Both the position numbers and the translations under genes were made by a program. The notes under the pieces were generated by a model. That model did no database searches and had not been told where the DNA came from. It worked only from the letters and a program-made list of their open reading frames with translations. A DNA stretch of 64,000 nt from Candidatus Omnitrophota bacterium (GTDB lineage Bacteria; Omnitrophota; Gorgyraeia; Duberdicusellales; 4484-171), in contig JAAEQW010000256.1 in NCBI GenBank assembly GCA_024231025.1, positions 2,954-66,953 of the forward strand, written 5' to 3'. Below, piece after piece: positions 37,679 through 47,088 of this stretch (positions are counted from its first letter, which is position 1; each line of letters opens with the position of its first letter).

Positions 37679-38830
37679 ATGAGGAAAAAAACCTCTAGAT
37701 CCCCTAAAAAAACTAGGACAGTTAATAAGAAGGTTACAAAAAAAAGCACTATCGCCAAACCTGCTAAGAAGAAAATTGTCAAAAAAGTTGCTAAGAAAAA
37801 AGTCACCAAAAAGAAAACGGTAAAAAAGACCATTCAAAGAGTAGCAAAAAAAACAACTAAAAAACTCATTAAAAAGGTTACCGAGAGAACGGGGTTGCGT
37901 AATTCTTTTTCTTCTCGAACAGCTAAAGATGTAGCTGCAACCGTTGCTTCAATTGTTTCTATTCCAAAAAATAAGGAGTATTCTGAAGAAATGAAGTTTT
38001 CTCCTGAAGCTGCTGTTGCTGCTAGCGAAGTAGCTCCCCAAAAGATGCAGTACAACTTGCCTTTGAAGTATGCCGATGACCGCATAGTTTTGCTGGTTCG
38101 CGATCCGTGGTGGATGTTTACTTATTGGGATATTTCACCGAACAGAATCGATGGTGTATTAGCAACTATAGACAGTGATGAGCGTAACAATTTAAAATGG
38201 ATTGTGCGTGCGTATGAGCTAAGCGGTGTAAAAAAGTTTAATGGCCGCAATGCGAACCTTTCTTTTGATACGGAAATATACCTTGATGGGGGAAGTTGGT
38301 ATATCAATACTAATCAGCCCGGGGGTCTTTGGTGTATCGAGATAGGGTTGATTAGTGATTTAGGAAATTTCTATCCAGTCGCTCGCTCTAATATTGTTGG
38401 CAGTCCGCGTTTTGGTATTTCTTCTAATATTGATGAGCATTGGGCATCAGAAGACGATGATCACTTTAAAATACTAGGAATTTATGATTTAGGTAGAAGC
38501 TCAATGGAGCGTAAGCGTAAGTTTGAGGAAATTGTAAAAAAGACAGTTTCTTCTCCTCTTGCTTCATGGGGGATGAGCTCTCCCGGTGGAATAAAGAAGG
38601 AGGACAAGTTTTTTCTAGAAGTATGGACAGAAGTTATTTTGCATGGTCGTACTATGGCTGATGCTAAAGTTAACGTTGATGGAAAAGAAGTTACCTTAAG
38701 AGACGATGGAACATTCACTCAAAGATATGCATTGGTGGAGGGTGATTTTGAGTATAAAGTTGTTGGTGTTTCTAAAAATAAAAAGCACAAAATAAAAAAA
38801 ACCCCAGCGGTAAAGAGATATAACAAATAA
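37679..38830 (+). CDS. DUF4912-like protein with an N-terminal histone H1-like Lys/Ala-rich tail
   Basis: Roughly 70-residue KKxxKK low-complexity tail (KKTRTVNKKVTKKSTIAKPAKKKIVKKVAKKKVTKKKTVKK), then a globular domain of the kind commonly encoded next to GH57 genes. Confidence 0.5.
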   Translation: MRKKTSRSPKKTRTVNKKVTKKSTIAKPAKKKIVKKVAKKKVTKKKTVKKTIQRVAKKTTKKLIKKVTERTGLRNSFSSRTAKDVAATVASIVSIPKNKEYSEEMKFSPEAAVAASEVAPQKMQYNLPLKYADDRIVLLVRDPWWMFTYWDISPNRIDGVLATIDSDERNNLKWIVRAYELSGVKKFNGRNANLSFDTEIYLDGGSWYINTNQPGGLWCIEIGLISDLGNFYPVARSNIVGSPRFGISSNIDEHWASEDDDHFKILGIYDLGRSSMERKRKFEEIVKKTVSSPLASWGMSSPGGIKKEDKFFLEVWTEVILHGRTMADAKVNVDGKEVTLRDDGTFTQRYALVEGDFEYKVVGVSKNKKHKIKKTPAVKRYNK

Positions 38831-38831
38831 G

Positions 38832-40415
38832 ATGGAAAAAGGTTATCTTTCTTTAGTTCTGCATGCCCACCTTCCTTTTGTTCGTCATCCTGAATTTGAA
38901 GACTTCTTAGAAGAACGATGGCTTTTTGAAGCGCTCAGCGAAACTTATATGCCATTGCTTGAGATGCTTGAGGGCCTAACGGCTGATGGCGTTGATTTTT
39001 GTTTTACTTTAAACCTCTCGCCTTCTCTTTGTAGCATGCTTGATGACGGGCTCCTAAAAGATCGTTACCTGCGCCATCTAAATAATATGATTACTCTTTG
39101 CGAGGGAGAGATCGATCGACATCGCTTTGATCCAAGCTTTCATAGGGTAGCGCTTATGTATTACCATCGTTTTACTCGCACGAGAGATAAATTTGTAAAT
39201 AATTATGACCGTAATCTTATTGCGGAGTTTAAAAAATATCAAGATCGCGGTGTTTTAGAAATTATTACTTGTGGAGCAACGCATGGCTTTTTGCCGCTTT
39301 TACGAGTTAACAAAGAGGCCGCTAGAGCACAAATCAGAGTTGGTGCAAATTCCTATAGAAAGTTTTTTGGTACAAATCCAAAAGGAATTTGGCTTCCTGA
39401 GTGTGGATATTATGAGGGAGTTGATAAATTTTTAAAAGAGGAAGGCATAAAATATTTTTTAACCGAAACTCATGGGATAGTTTTTGCCGATCCTCGCCCC
39501 AAGTTTGGTGTTTATTCCGGGTACTACACTAAGAATAAAGTGGGCGTATTCGCCAGAGACAGCGAATCTTCTAAGAGTGTTTGGTCGGCAGAAGAGGGTT
39601 ATCCTGGTGATTACAATTATCGTGAATATTATCGTGATGTTGGGTTTGATGCCGACTATGATTATATAAAACCTTATATTTCTCCGTGTGGAACGCGAAT
39701 TTTTACCGGTATAAAGTATTATCGCATTACCGGCCCTACCTTAGAGAAACAGCCGTATAATCCTGAGATAGCAGCAAAAACTGCCGCAGATCATGCCGGC
39801 AATTTTATGTTTAATCGCCAAAAGCAGATCGAGCACTTAAGTCCTATGCTAGATAGAAAGCCGATTATTGTGTGCCCTTATGATGCGGAGTTGTATGGGC
39901 ATTGGTGGTTTGAGGGAGTGCAATGGCTAAATTTCTTAATTCGTAAAATATGTTATGACCAGAACACAATAAAACTTACTACTCCTTCAAGGTACTTACA
40001 GATTTATCCGAAAAATCAAGTAGTTACTCCAGCGGCGTCAAGCTGGGGGTATAAAGGTTATTACGAAGTGTGGCTCAATGGTTCTAATGATTGGATTTAC
40101 CCGCACCTGCATCGCGCGCAAGATATGATGGGTGAAGCGATTAAGGAGCATGGTTCGGGCGGCGATGTCAAAGACAGAGTCCTAAACCAGATGGTTAGAG
40201 AACTTCTCCTGGCGCAGTCTAGTGATTGGGCATTTATCATGAAGACCGGCACTTTTACTGAATATGCCAGCAAGCGCACAATTACCCATTTAGAACGATT
40301 TCATCTTTTAAAAAGTTATCTTGATAGAGGAAGCTATGATTTTGAGGTTATTGAGGATATTGAAGAAAAAGACAACCTTTTCCCCGAAATCACTTATTCT
40401 GTTTATTGCCCCTAA
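38832..40415 (+). CDS. Glycoside hydrolase family 57 enzyme, branching-enzyme type (1,4-alpha-glucan branching enzyme)
   Basis: N-terminus GYLSLVLHAHLPFVRHPE is typical of GH57 branching enzymes. Confidence 0.75.
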   Translation: MEKGYLSLVLHAHLPFVRHPEFEDFLEERWLFEALSETYMPLLEMLEGLTADGVDFCFTLNLSPSLCSMLDDGLLKDRYLRHLNNMITLCEGEIDRHRFDPSFHRVALMYYHRFTRTRDKFVNNYDRNLIAEFKKYQDRGVLEIITCGATHGFLPLLRVNKEAARAQIRVGANSYRKFFGTNPKGIWLPECGYYEGVDKFLKEEGIKYFLTETHGIVFADPRPKFGVYSGYYTKNKVGVFARDSESSKSVWSAEEGYPGDYNYREYYRDVGFDADYDYIKPYISPCGTRIFTGIKYYRITGPTLEKQPYNPEIAAKTAADHAGNFMFNRQKQIEHLSPMLDRKPIIVCPYDAELYGHWWFEGVQWLNFLIRKICYDQNTIKLTTPSRYLQIYPKNQVVTPAASSWGYKGYYEVWLNGSNDWIYPHLHRAQDMMGEAIKEHGSGGDVKDRVLNQMVRELLLAQSSDWAFIMKTGTFTEYASKRTITHLERFHLLKSYLDRGSYDFEVIEDIEEKDNLFPEITYSVYCP

Positions 40416-40416
40416 T

Positions 40417-41997
40417 ATGAGCAAATCACCTACAAAAATTATATTCATCTGGCATATGCATCAGCCTTGCTATCGCCATCCGAGTCGGAACTATTATATT
40501 TTGCCGTGGGTAAGACTTCATGGTGTAAAAGATTATTACGGAATGGCAAAGGTGGTGGAAAAATTTGAAGAAACAAGAGTTGTTTTTAACTACAGCGGCA
40601 TACTCCTAGAGCAGCTCACAGATTATGTAGAAAATCAAGCCCAGGATTATTATGGAATACTAAGCTTAAAGAATCCAGCAAAACTCACAAAAGAAGAAAA
40701 AAGTTTTATAATCGAAAGGTTTTTTTCGATAAATTTTGATCGGCACATAAAACCAAATCCTCGTTTTTTACAACTACATACTAAAAAGGCTTCGCATAAG
40801 CAAAATTTTACACTAAAAGATATCGGTGATTTACAGGCGATTTTCAATTTATGCTGGTTTCATCCTTATACAATAAAAAAAGATAAAAATTTAAAAGCAC
40901 TTATCAAGAAAGGTAAAGATTACACCCAGCAGGACCGACGTTATATTATTGATAAGCACTATCAAGTATTAAAGGAAATTTTTCCTTTATTGAAAAAACT
41001 AATAGCACGTAATCAAGTAGAACTAACAATTACGCCACATCACCATCCGATAATGCCGTTAATCTATGATACCGATGTTTTAAAGGAAATTCCTTATCTA
41101 AAACGTCCAGCATTGCGCTTCTATTCTCCGGATGATTGCCACTGGCACCTCAATCGCGCCAAAGAGGTTTTTCGACATATTTTTGCTGTTGATCCGAATG
41201 GGAGTTGGCCATCAGAAGGTAGCGTGTCGGAGAACGTATTGGATATATATGCTAAGGAAGGATTTAATTGGGTTGGTACTGATGAGGCGATCCTGTTTAA
41301 AAGTTTATCTAATGAATCCGTGCCGTATGACATGATCAAAAACCAGCGGCATATGATTTATTCACCATATAATTTTAGAGGAGTAAATATATTTTTTAGA
41401 GACAGAAACCTTTCTGATGCCATGGGTTTTACTTATTCCGGTTGGGATGATTCTGTTTTTGCTGCCAATGATTTATTGGAACATTTTAAAAGAACACACA
41501 ACCATATAAAAAATCTCTCACAACAGCGCGTGATAACGATAATTATGGATGGTGAAAACGCATGGGAGTACTATAATAATAGTGGAGTAGAATTTTTAGA
41601 AACACTTTATTCGTCATTAGAAAAAACTTCTATTCTTACAACTTCTACCCCCTCAAAATTTTTACAAAAAGGGTCCAGTAAGCATCTAGAGCGCTTATCG
41701 CCGGGGTCGTGGATTAATGGTGATTTTGGAGTATGGGTTGGCTCTAAGGAAAATAATCGCTATTGGGATATTTTGCGAAAAATAAAAGATACAATAGATC
41801 GTTCAAAAACCGATAAAGAAACTTTACAAAAAGTGAAAGATTACTTCCATCTTATTGAAGGCAGTGATTGGTATTGGTGGAACACATTTGAAGATTTTAG
41901 CGGAGAGTTTAAAAACATATTTTTTACATACGCTCAAGAGATATATGCTCTTTTGAACAAAAAAATACCACTTTATTTGACAGGAAGAAATGGGTAA
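40417..41997 (+). CDS. Glycoside hydrolase family 57 enzyme (second paralog)
   Basis: N-terminus IIFIWHMHQPCYRH. Start taken at the ATG at 40417, right after the previous stop; the tracker start at 40321 overlaps the upstream gene. Confidence 0.7.
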   Translation: MSKSPTKIIFIWHMHQPCYRHPSRNYYILPWVRLHGVKDYYGMAKVVEKFEETRVVFNYSGILLEQLTDYVENQAQDYYGILSLKNPAKLTKEEKSFIIERFFSINFDRHIKPNPRFLQLHTKKASHKQNFTLKDIGDLQAIFNLCWFHPYTIKKDKNLKALIKKGKDYTQQDRRYIIDKHYQVLKEIFPLLKKLIARNQVELTITPHHHPIMPLIYDTDVLKEIPYLKRPALRFYSPDDCHWHLNRAKEVFRHIFAVDPNGSWPSEGSVSENVLDIYAKEGFNWVGTDEAILFKSLSNESVPYDMIKNQRHMIYSPYNFRGVNIFFRDRNLSDAMGFTYSGWDDSVFAANDLLEHFKRTHNHIKNLSQQRVITIIMDGENAWEYYNNSGVEFLETLYSSLEKTSILTTSTPSKFLQKGSSKHLERLSPGSWINGDFGVWVGSKENNRYWDILRKIKDTIDRSKTDKETLQKVKDYFHLIEGSDWYWWNTFEDFSGEFKNIFFTYAQEIYALLNKKIPLYLTGRNG

Positions 41998-44071
41998 AGT
42001 TTATTTTTTATTCGGTATTCATAATCATCAACCAGTAGGTAATTTTGATCATGTTTTTGAATACGCCTATAAGCGTTGTTATTTTCCTCTTCTAGAGACT
42101 CTCGCCAATTTTCCTAAAATAAAATTTAGTGTACACATCAGCGGTCCCCTTTATGATTGGATCTTAAAAAATCGTAAAGAGTATGTAAGTCTTTTAAAGG
42201 AGATGGTTACTCGCGGCCAGGTTGAGATAATCAGCGGCGGATATTACGAACCGATTTTGCCTTTAATTTCCGATCGTGACAAAAAAGCTCAAATCCAAAA
42301 AATGAATGATTTCATTTCAAAAGAATTTAATTGCACCGCTAGTGGTCTTTGGCTTGCCGAGCGGGTTTGGGAGCCAAACTTACCAGCGATAATTAATCCT
42401 TGTGGATTAGATTATACTTTTTTAGATGATACTCATTTCCGTTTTGCCGGAATCAACAAGAATGAATTCACAGGTTATTATACAACTGAGGACCAGGCTT
42501 TTGGTTTGAAGATTTTTCCAATCAGCAAAGCGCTAAGATATAAAATACCTTTTTCAAGCGCGCAAGAGGGGATCGATTTGCTTAATTCGTTTGCTAGCGA
42601 AGAAGATGTGCTAGTTACATTTTTTGATGATGGAGAAAAATTTGGTCTTTGGCCGAATACTTATGATTGGGTGTATGAGAAGGGCTGGCTTAAAACATTT
42701 CTAACGTATCTTAGCGATTCATTAACTATTGAGACGATTAAGCCGAGTGAGGCAGCACTTAAATTTTCTTCCAGCGGAATAGTTTATTTGCCTACCGCCT
42801 CCTATGAGGAGATGGGGGAGTGGGTTTTATCTGCGGATAGTTTTAATACCTATGACAGATTGAATAACTTTTTAAAGAATCAAAATAAATTTGAAGAATT
42901 CAAAAATTTTGTGAGGGCAGGATTTTTTAGAAATTTTAATCGCAAATATCCGCGCCTTAATTACATGCACAAAAGAATGCTTTCGGTTAGCAAAAAGCTA
43001 CATGCGTATTTGAAAAATGGTGATAAGGCATTTACGAATTTATTTAAGGCCCAAACTAATTGCAGCTATTGGCACGGTGTTTTTGGGGGATTTTATTTGG
43101 GTCATATTCGCGGGGCAGTATATGAAAATCTTATTTGTGCCTTAAATCAACTGGATAAGAAAATTCAAAAGCACGATTTGGTAGTGGAGGAAGAAGATAT
43201 TGATTTAGATGGCGTAAAAGAAACAATTGTAAAAAATAAAAAAATGATCTGTTGTTTTTCACGTAAGGGTGGCACTCTTCTTGAATGTAGCCTGCGTAAT
43301 CCAGCAATCAATTTAACGAACACAATTACTCGTACGGTTGAATCCTATCATAAAAAAATTAAAGAAAATGTGAATGTTGATGCCTCTGTTGCTTCAATCC
43401 ATGATATAGTGGTTCAGAAAGACAAGGATTTAGATAAATTCCTGATTTACGATAATTATGAAAAAGTTAGCCTGATTGATCACCGCTTAGATAAAGATAT
43501 TACGATTGCCGATTTTAATACCGGAAATAAAATCACCACGTTTAGCGATAAAAATTATAACCTTTTAATAAAAAAAAGCACAAAGCAAGCTTCCCTAAAG
43601 TATAAATACGATTCGCAAACAATAAGTTTTACCAAAGAAGTAATCTTAAAAGGGGCATCTTCTTTCGCTGTTGAATATTCACTTAACAATTATTTAGAAA
43701 ATTGTGATTTTGGCGTTGAGTTTAATTTATTTTTACCTTCATTGAAAGATATTGTTGCTGTATCAGAAGGAAAATCTTCCAAAAGCGCTGGTCCTAAAGG
43801 CGTTACGATCAAAAAAGAAAATAAAAAAATATCTTTAAATGAGCCCAAAGTGTTTGATAGCTGTTGTTCGTTTGTTATAATAGGTAATCATAAAAGAATA
43901 AGTTTAGAGTTTGGTTGCGAAGACGCCTGTGTATTTACGATGCCGCTTTATTCGGTATCCTCATCTGAAGCGGGATTCGAAAAGGCGTATCAGCAATTGT
44001 CAGTTCTTTTTAAATTTTCAGGGGAGCGTAAAAAAATTCATTTTACCTTTAAGGTAAAAAAAGGGGAGTAA
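41990..44071 (+). CDS. Glycoside hydrolase family 57 enzyme (third paralog; alpha-amylase / 4-alpha-glucanotransferase-like)
   Basis: N-terminus VYFLFGIHNHQPVGNF. 693 aa with a C-terminal extension. Confidence 0.7.
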   Translation: MGKVYFLFGIHNHQPVGNFDHVFEYAYKRCYFPLLETLANFPKIKFSVHISGPLYDWILKNRKEYVSLLKEMVTRGQVEIISGGYYEPILPLISDRDKKAQIQKMNDFISKEFNCTASGLWLAERVWEPNLPAIINPCGLDYTFLDDTHFRFAGINKNEFTGYYTTEDQAFGLKIFPISKALRYKIPFSSAQEGIDLLNSFASEEDVLVTFFDDGEKFGLWPNTYDWVYEKGWLKTFLTYLSDSLTIETIKPSEAALKFSSSGIVYLPTASYEEMGEWVLSADSFNTYDRLNNFLKNQNKFEEFKNFVRAGFFRNFNRKYPRLNYMHKRMLSVSKKLHAYLKNGDKAFTNLFKAQTNCSYWHGVFGGFYLGHIRGAVYENLICALNQLDKKIQKHDLVVEEEDIDLDGVKETIVKNKKMICCFSRKGGTLLECSLRNPAINLTNTITRTVESYHKKIKENVNVDASVASIHDIVVQKDKDLDKFLIYDNYEKVSLIDHRLDKDITIADFNTGNKITTFSDKNYNLLIKKSTKQASLKYKYDSQTISFTKEVILKGASSFAVEYSLNNYLENCDFGVEFNLFLPSLKDIVAVSEGKSSKSAGPKGVTIKKENKKISLNEPKVFDSCCSFVIIGNHKRISLEFGCEDACVFTMPLYSVSSSEAGFEKAYQQLSVLFKFSGERKKIHFTFKVKKGE

Positions 44072-44077
44072 AATTCC

Positions 44078-44216
44078 AAATAACAAATCCCAAATCACAA
44101 ACAAACCACAATTCTAAATGTTCAAAATAACAAATAGAATCTATGATATTGTTTTGGATATTAAATTATTTGAATTTGGACATTGTTTGTAATTTGTTTT
44201 TTGTAACTTGTAATTT
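44078..44216. repeat. Palindromic AT-rich intergenic element, copy 1. Its CA-rich left arm and TG-rich right arm are inverted copies of the arms at 44505-44650, so the two copies bracket the DUF2934 gene
   Basis: Left arm CCAAATAACAAATCCCAAATCACAAACAAACCACAATTC. The right arm GAATTTGGACATTGTTTGTAATTTG is the reverse complement of 44525-44548. Confidence 0.7.
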
Positions 44217-44504
44217 TTGATAATACGAGGTAAAGAAAAAAAGGGGAGGTTTGAGATGCCGTTTCTAAAAAGGAAAAAAACAAAAGTGAAAGTATCCGCT
44301 AAAATCAAAGCGGCCGTGAAGAAAAGTGCAAAAATAGCTGCTAAAAAAACAATAGCTAAGAAGCCAAAGCTTGATGAAGCTCGTCTAAACCAAATGATTA
44401 AAGAAAGAGCTTATTATATTTGGGAAGAAAGGCAACGACCCAATGGGCAAGATTCTGATATCTGGGCGCAAGCTGAAAAAGATATGCATAAGAATATCAA
44501 ATAA
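44217..44504 (+). CDS. DUF2934-like small basic protein
   Basis: Lys/Ala-rich N-terminus and C-terminal motif RAYYIWEERQRPNGQDSDIWAQAE. Shine-Dalgarno AAGGGGAGGTTT. Confidence 0.5.
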   Translation: MIIRGKEKKGRFEMPFLKRKKTKVKVSAKIKAAVKKSAKIAAKKTIAKKPKLDEARLNQMIKERAYYIWEERQRPNGQDSDIWAQAEKDMHKNIK

Positions 44505-44650
44505 CAAATCACAAATTTCAAAATACAAACAATGTCCAATTGCCAAAAATCCAATGAACAAAAGGGTATTATTTTATTTTGTTTGATATTTTAGTTATTT
44601 GGAATTGTGGTTTGTTTGTGATTCGTGTATTGTGTATTGTAATTTTTTGA
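44505..44650. repeat. Palindromic AT-rich intergenic element, copy 2
   Basis: ATTTGGAATTGTGGTTTGTTTGTGATT (44600-44626) is the reverse complement of 44092-44118 with one mismatch. The same AAGGGGAGGTTT Shine-Dalgarno module follows. Confidence 0.7.
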
Positions 44651-44680
44651 CAGAGCGTACTTAAATAAGGGGAGGTTTAA

Positions 44681-45070
44681 ATGAACGCCAAAAAGAAAAA
44701 AGAGATCATTTTAACTACCGACAATAAAATTGGTAAATTGGAAGAGGTTAGCGCAGCGTTAAAGGCAGCCGACATCAATTTAACTAGCATTTGTGCTTAT
44801 TCTATGGAGGAGAAGGCAATTTTTTATATTACTGTGTGTGGTAGCGAAAAAGCCACGCAGGTTCTTTCAGGAATTGGCAGTGTTGAAACCAAAGAAGTTA
44901 TTGTCGTTGAAATGCCAAATGAAGTTGGTCAACTCCAAAGTTTAGCAGCTAAATTAAAAGATGCAAGCGTTGATCTTACTTATATTTATGGCACTACTTC
45001 AGGGGATGGGATAGCTCGGGTTGTACTTTCTTCCAGTGATAATGACAAGGCCCTAGAAGTTATTGCTTAA
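44681..45070 (+). CDS. Small tandem ACT-domain protein
   Basis: Two roughly 60-aa beta-alpha-beta-beta-alpha-beta-like halves (ILTTDNKIGKLEEVSAALKAADINL...; VVEMPNEVGQLQSLAAKLKDASVDL...). Confidence 0.45.
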   Translation: MNAKKKKEIILTTDNKIGKLEEVSAALKAADINLTSICAYSMEEKAIFYITVCGSEKATQVLSGIGSVETKEVIVVEMPNEVGQLQSLAAKLKDASVDLTYIYGTTSGDGIARVVLSSSDNDKALEVIA

Positions 45071-45078
45071 TTTTTACA

Positions 45079-46284
45079 ATGCAGATTGAGTTCCCTCATT
45101 ATTTTTTATGGGGTGCGGCCACATCCAGCTATCAGACTGAAGGGGGCAACTTAAATTCTGATTGGAGTGACTGGGAAAAAAGCAGAAAGCTCCAGCCAGC
45201 CGCTGACGCCTGCAAGCATTATCAACAGTTTCCGCAGGATTTTCAATTAGCATCCGACCTCGGTTTAAAGGCATTAAGATTTTCTATAGAGTGGTCGAGA
45301 ATTTGTCCGCGCCCAGGCGAGGTTTGCCAACGCGAATTAAGCCACTATAAAGCTGTAATCAAATCTTTAAAAGATAATGGATTGAAACCGTTTCTTACGT
45401 TGCATCACTTTACTAATCCGAGGTGGTTTGCCCATAGCGGCGGTTGGCTAAATTCCAAAAATATTGATTATTTTTTGCAATATCTTTCTGTAACTGCGCA
45501 GGCCTTAAAGGAAGATGTTGATTATTGGTTAATTTTTAATGAACCGCTAGTTTACTTATTTAATGGCTACATAAAGGGTATTTGGCCGCCTGGGAAAACT
45601 TCTTTGCCCATCGCTATAAGAGCGTTCAAAAACATTATATCTGCATACAAAACAGGTTATTGGGAAATAAAAAATATATGTAAGCATAATCCTTCTGTTG
45701 CGCAAGTGTCTTTGGCAAAACATATGATAGCCTTCTCACCTTGTCCAAATTCTAAATTGGGCGGATTATCGGCTGCACTTAGAGATAAGCTATTTAATAC
45801 ATCGCTTTGTGCCTATTTAAAGAAAAATAAATGCTTAGATTTTTTGGCGTTAAACTATTATTACAAAGAATATACCAAATTTAGCGGTCCATTAGGAGAA
45901 GAGTGCTCGCATAAGCACAAAGAGCGCAAAAATTATCTTGGTTGGAATATTTATCCGCAGGGACTTTACCAGATGCTTATAAGATCGAAGAAATTAAACC
46001 TACCGATAATGATTACCGAAAATGGCACCGCTGAGGAAAGCTCCGAAATGTATCAGGACTATATGGTAAAACACTTAAAGGCTATTGCAGATGCAATAGC
46101 TGATGGAGTAGATGTAAGAGGTTATTTTTGGTGGTCATTAATTGATAATTTTGAGTGGGATAAGGGTTTTGAGCCCCGGTTTGGTTTGGCGCATGTTGAC
46201 TATAGTACTTTTGCGAGAAAATTAAAGCCTTTTGCTTTTAGGTATGCTAAAATATGTAAAGAAAACATGATGACCTATGATTAA
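45079..46284 (+). CDS. Glycoside hydrolase family 1 beta-glucosidase
   Basis: N-terminal FLWGAATSSYQTEGG, acid/base motif LIFNEP, and nucleophile motif ITENG. Confidence 0.85.
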   Translation: MQIEFPHYFLWGAATSSYQTEGGNLNSDWSDWEKSRKLQPAADACKHYQQFPQDFQLASDLGLKALRFSIEWSRICPRPGEVCQRELSHYKAVIKSLKDNGLKPFLTLHHFTNPRWFAHSGGWLNSKNIDYFLQYLSVTAQALKEDVDYWLIFNEPLVYLFNGYIKGIWPPGKTSLPIAIRAFKNIISAYKTGYWEIKNICKHNPSVAQVSLAKHMIAFSPCPNSKLGGLSAALRDKLFNTSLCAYLKKNKCLDFLALNYYYKEYTKFSGPLGEECSHKHKERKNYLGWNIYPQGLYQMLIRSKKLNLPIMITENGTAEESSEMYQDYMVKHLKAIADAIADGVDVRGYFWWSLIDNFEWDKGFEPRFGLAHVDYSTFARKLKPFAFRYAKICKENMMTYD

Positions 46285-47050
46285 AGAAGAACTAGTAACT
46301 ATACTGGCGAATATTCCTCCATTTAATAAACTAAATCGCAAAGGTAATTTAGAATTTGCCCGCATTTGCGAAGTTAAGGAATATCAAAACGCGCAAACTA
46401 TCTACAGAGAAGGAGATGCACCAGGGTATTTTTATCTTCTTTTGCGAGGTAGAGTAGTTGCTCTTACCAGTGATAGCGGCATAGATTCCGAGATAGAGTT
46501 GTTAAAGCGTGGCACTTCTTTTGGGGTAATATCTCTTTTTACTGACGAGCCGCATTCAGTAACAACACAATCAATAGAAGATTCTATTATTATAAGAGTA
46601 GAAAGAAGCGCTTTTAAAGGCTTTTTAGAGAAATATCCGGTAATATCGTTAGATTTTTCTCGAATCCTTTCGTCAAGGGTAAAACGGCGTAAAAGTCCCA
46701 AAAAGATTTTTCAATGCAAAAGAATAGGTGTCATCGGATATCACGCATCAGGAAAAACAAACTATACTATTAATCTCAGTCGACAATTAAAAAAGCAAAC
46801 AAAAAAGAATGTTATTTGCGTAGAAATACGTGCAAAAGATGATTTTACTACACCGTCTTTAATTAATGCAGATTGTCGACCGCTAGTGTTGAAAAATTTC
46901 AATGAGGACCAACTCTGCGACTATATTGCGGTCGATGAAGTTGACCATCTGTTGGTGCAGGTTGATAGCGGAAGTCGTTTTTTGCGATTCTTAATCGTCT
47001 TTCTGAGAGTTATCATTTTGTTATATGTGAGTTATCGTGTAAATTACTGA
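46277..47050 (+). CDS. Cyclic nucleotide-binding domain protein; possibly the N-terminal module of a cNMP-regulated patatin phospholipase split from the next ORF by a frame change
   Basis: cNMP-binding beta-roll (YREGDAPGYFYLLLRGRVVA...FGVISLF). The downstream patatin ORF's frame is open back to 46969 and overlaps this ORF's tail by about 80 nt. Confidence 0.55.
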   Translation: MIKEELVTILANIPPFNKLNRKGNLEFARICEVKEYQNAQTIYREGDAPGYFYLLLRGRVVALTSDSGIDSEIELLKRGTSFGVISLFTDEPHSVTTQSIEDSIIIRVERSAFKGFLEKYPVISLDFSRILSSRVKRRKSPKKIFQCKRIGVIGYHASGKTNYTINLSRQLKKQTKKNVICVEIRAKDDFTTPSLINADCRPLVLKNFNEDQLCDYIAVDEVDHLLVQVDSGSRFLRFLIVFLRVIILLYVSYRVNY

Positions 47051-47088
47051 ACGATGCTTTTTCCGATTTCATTTACCGTGCTGACTCG

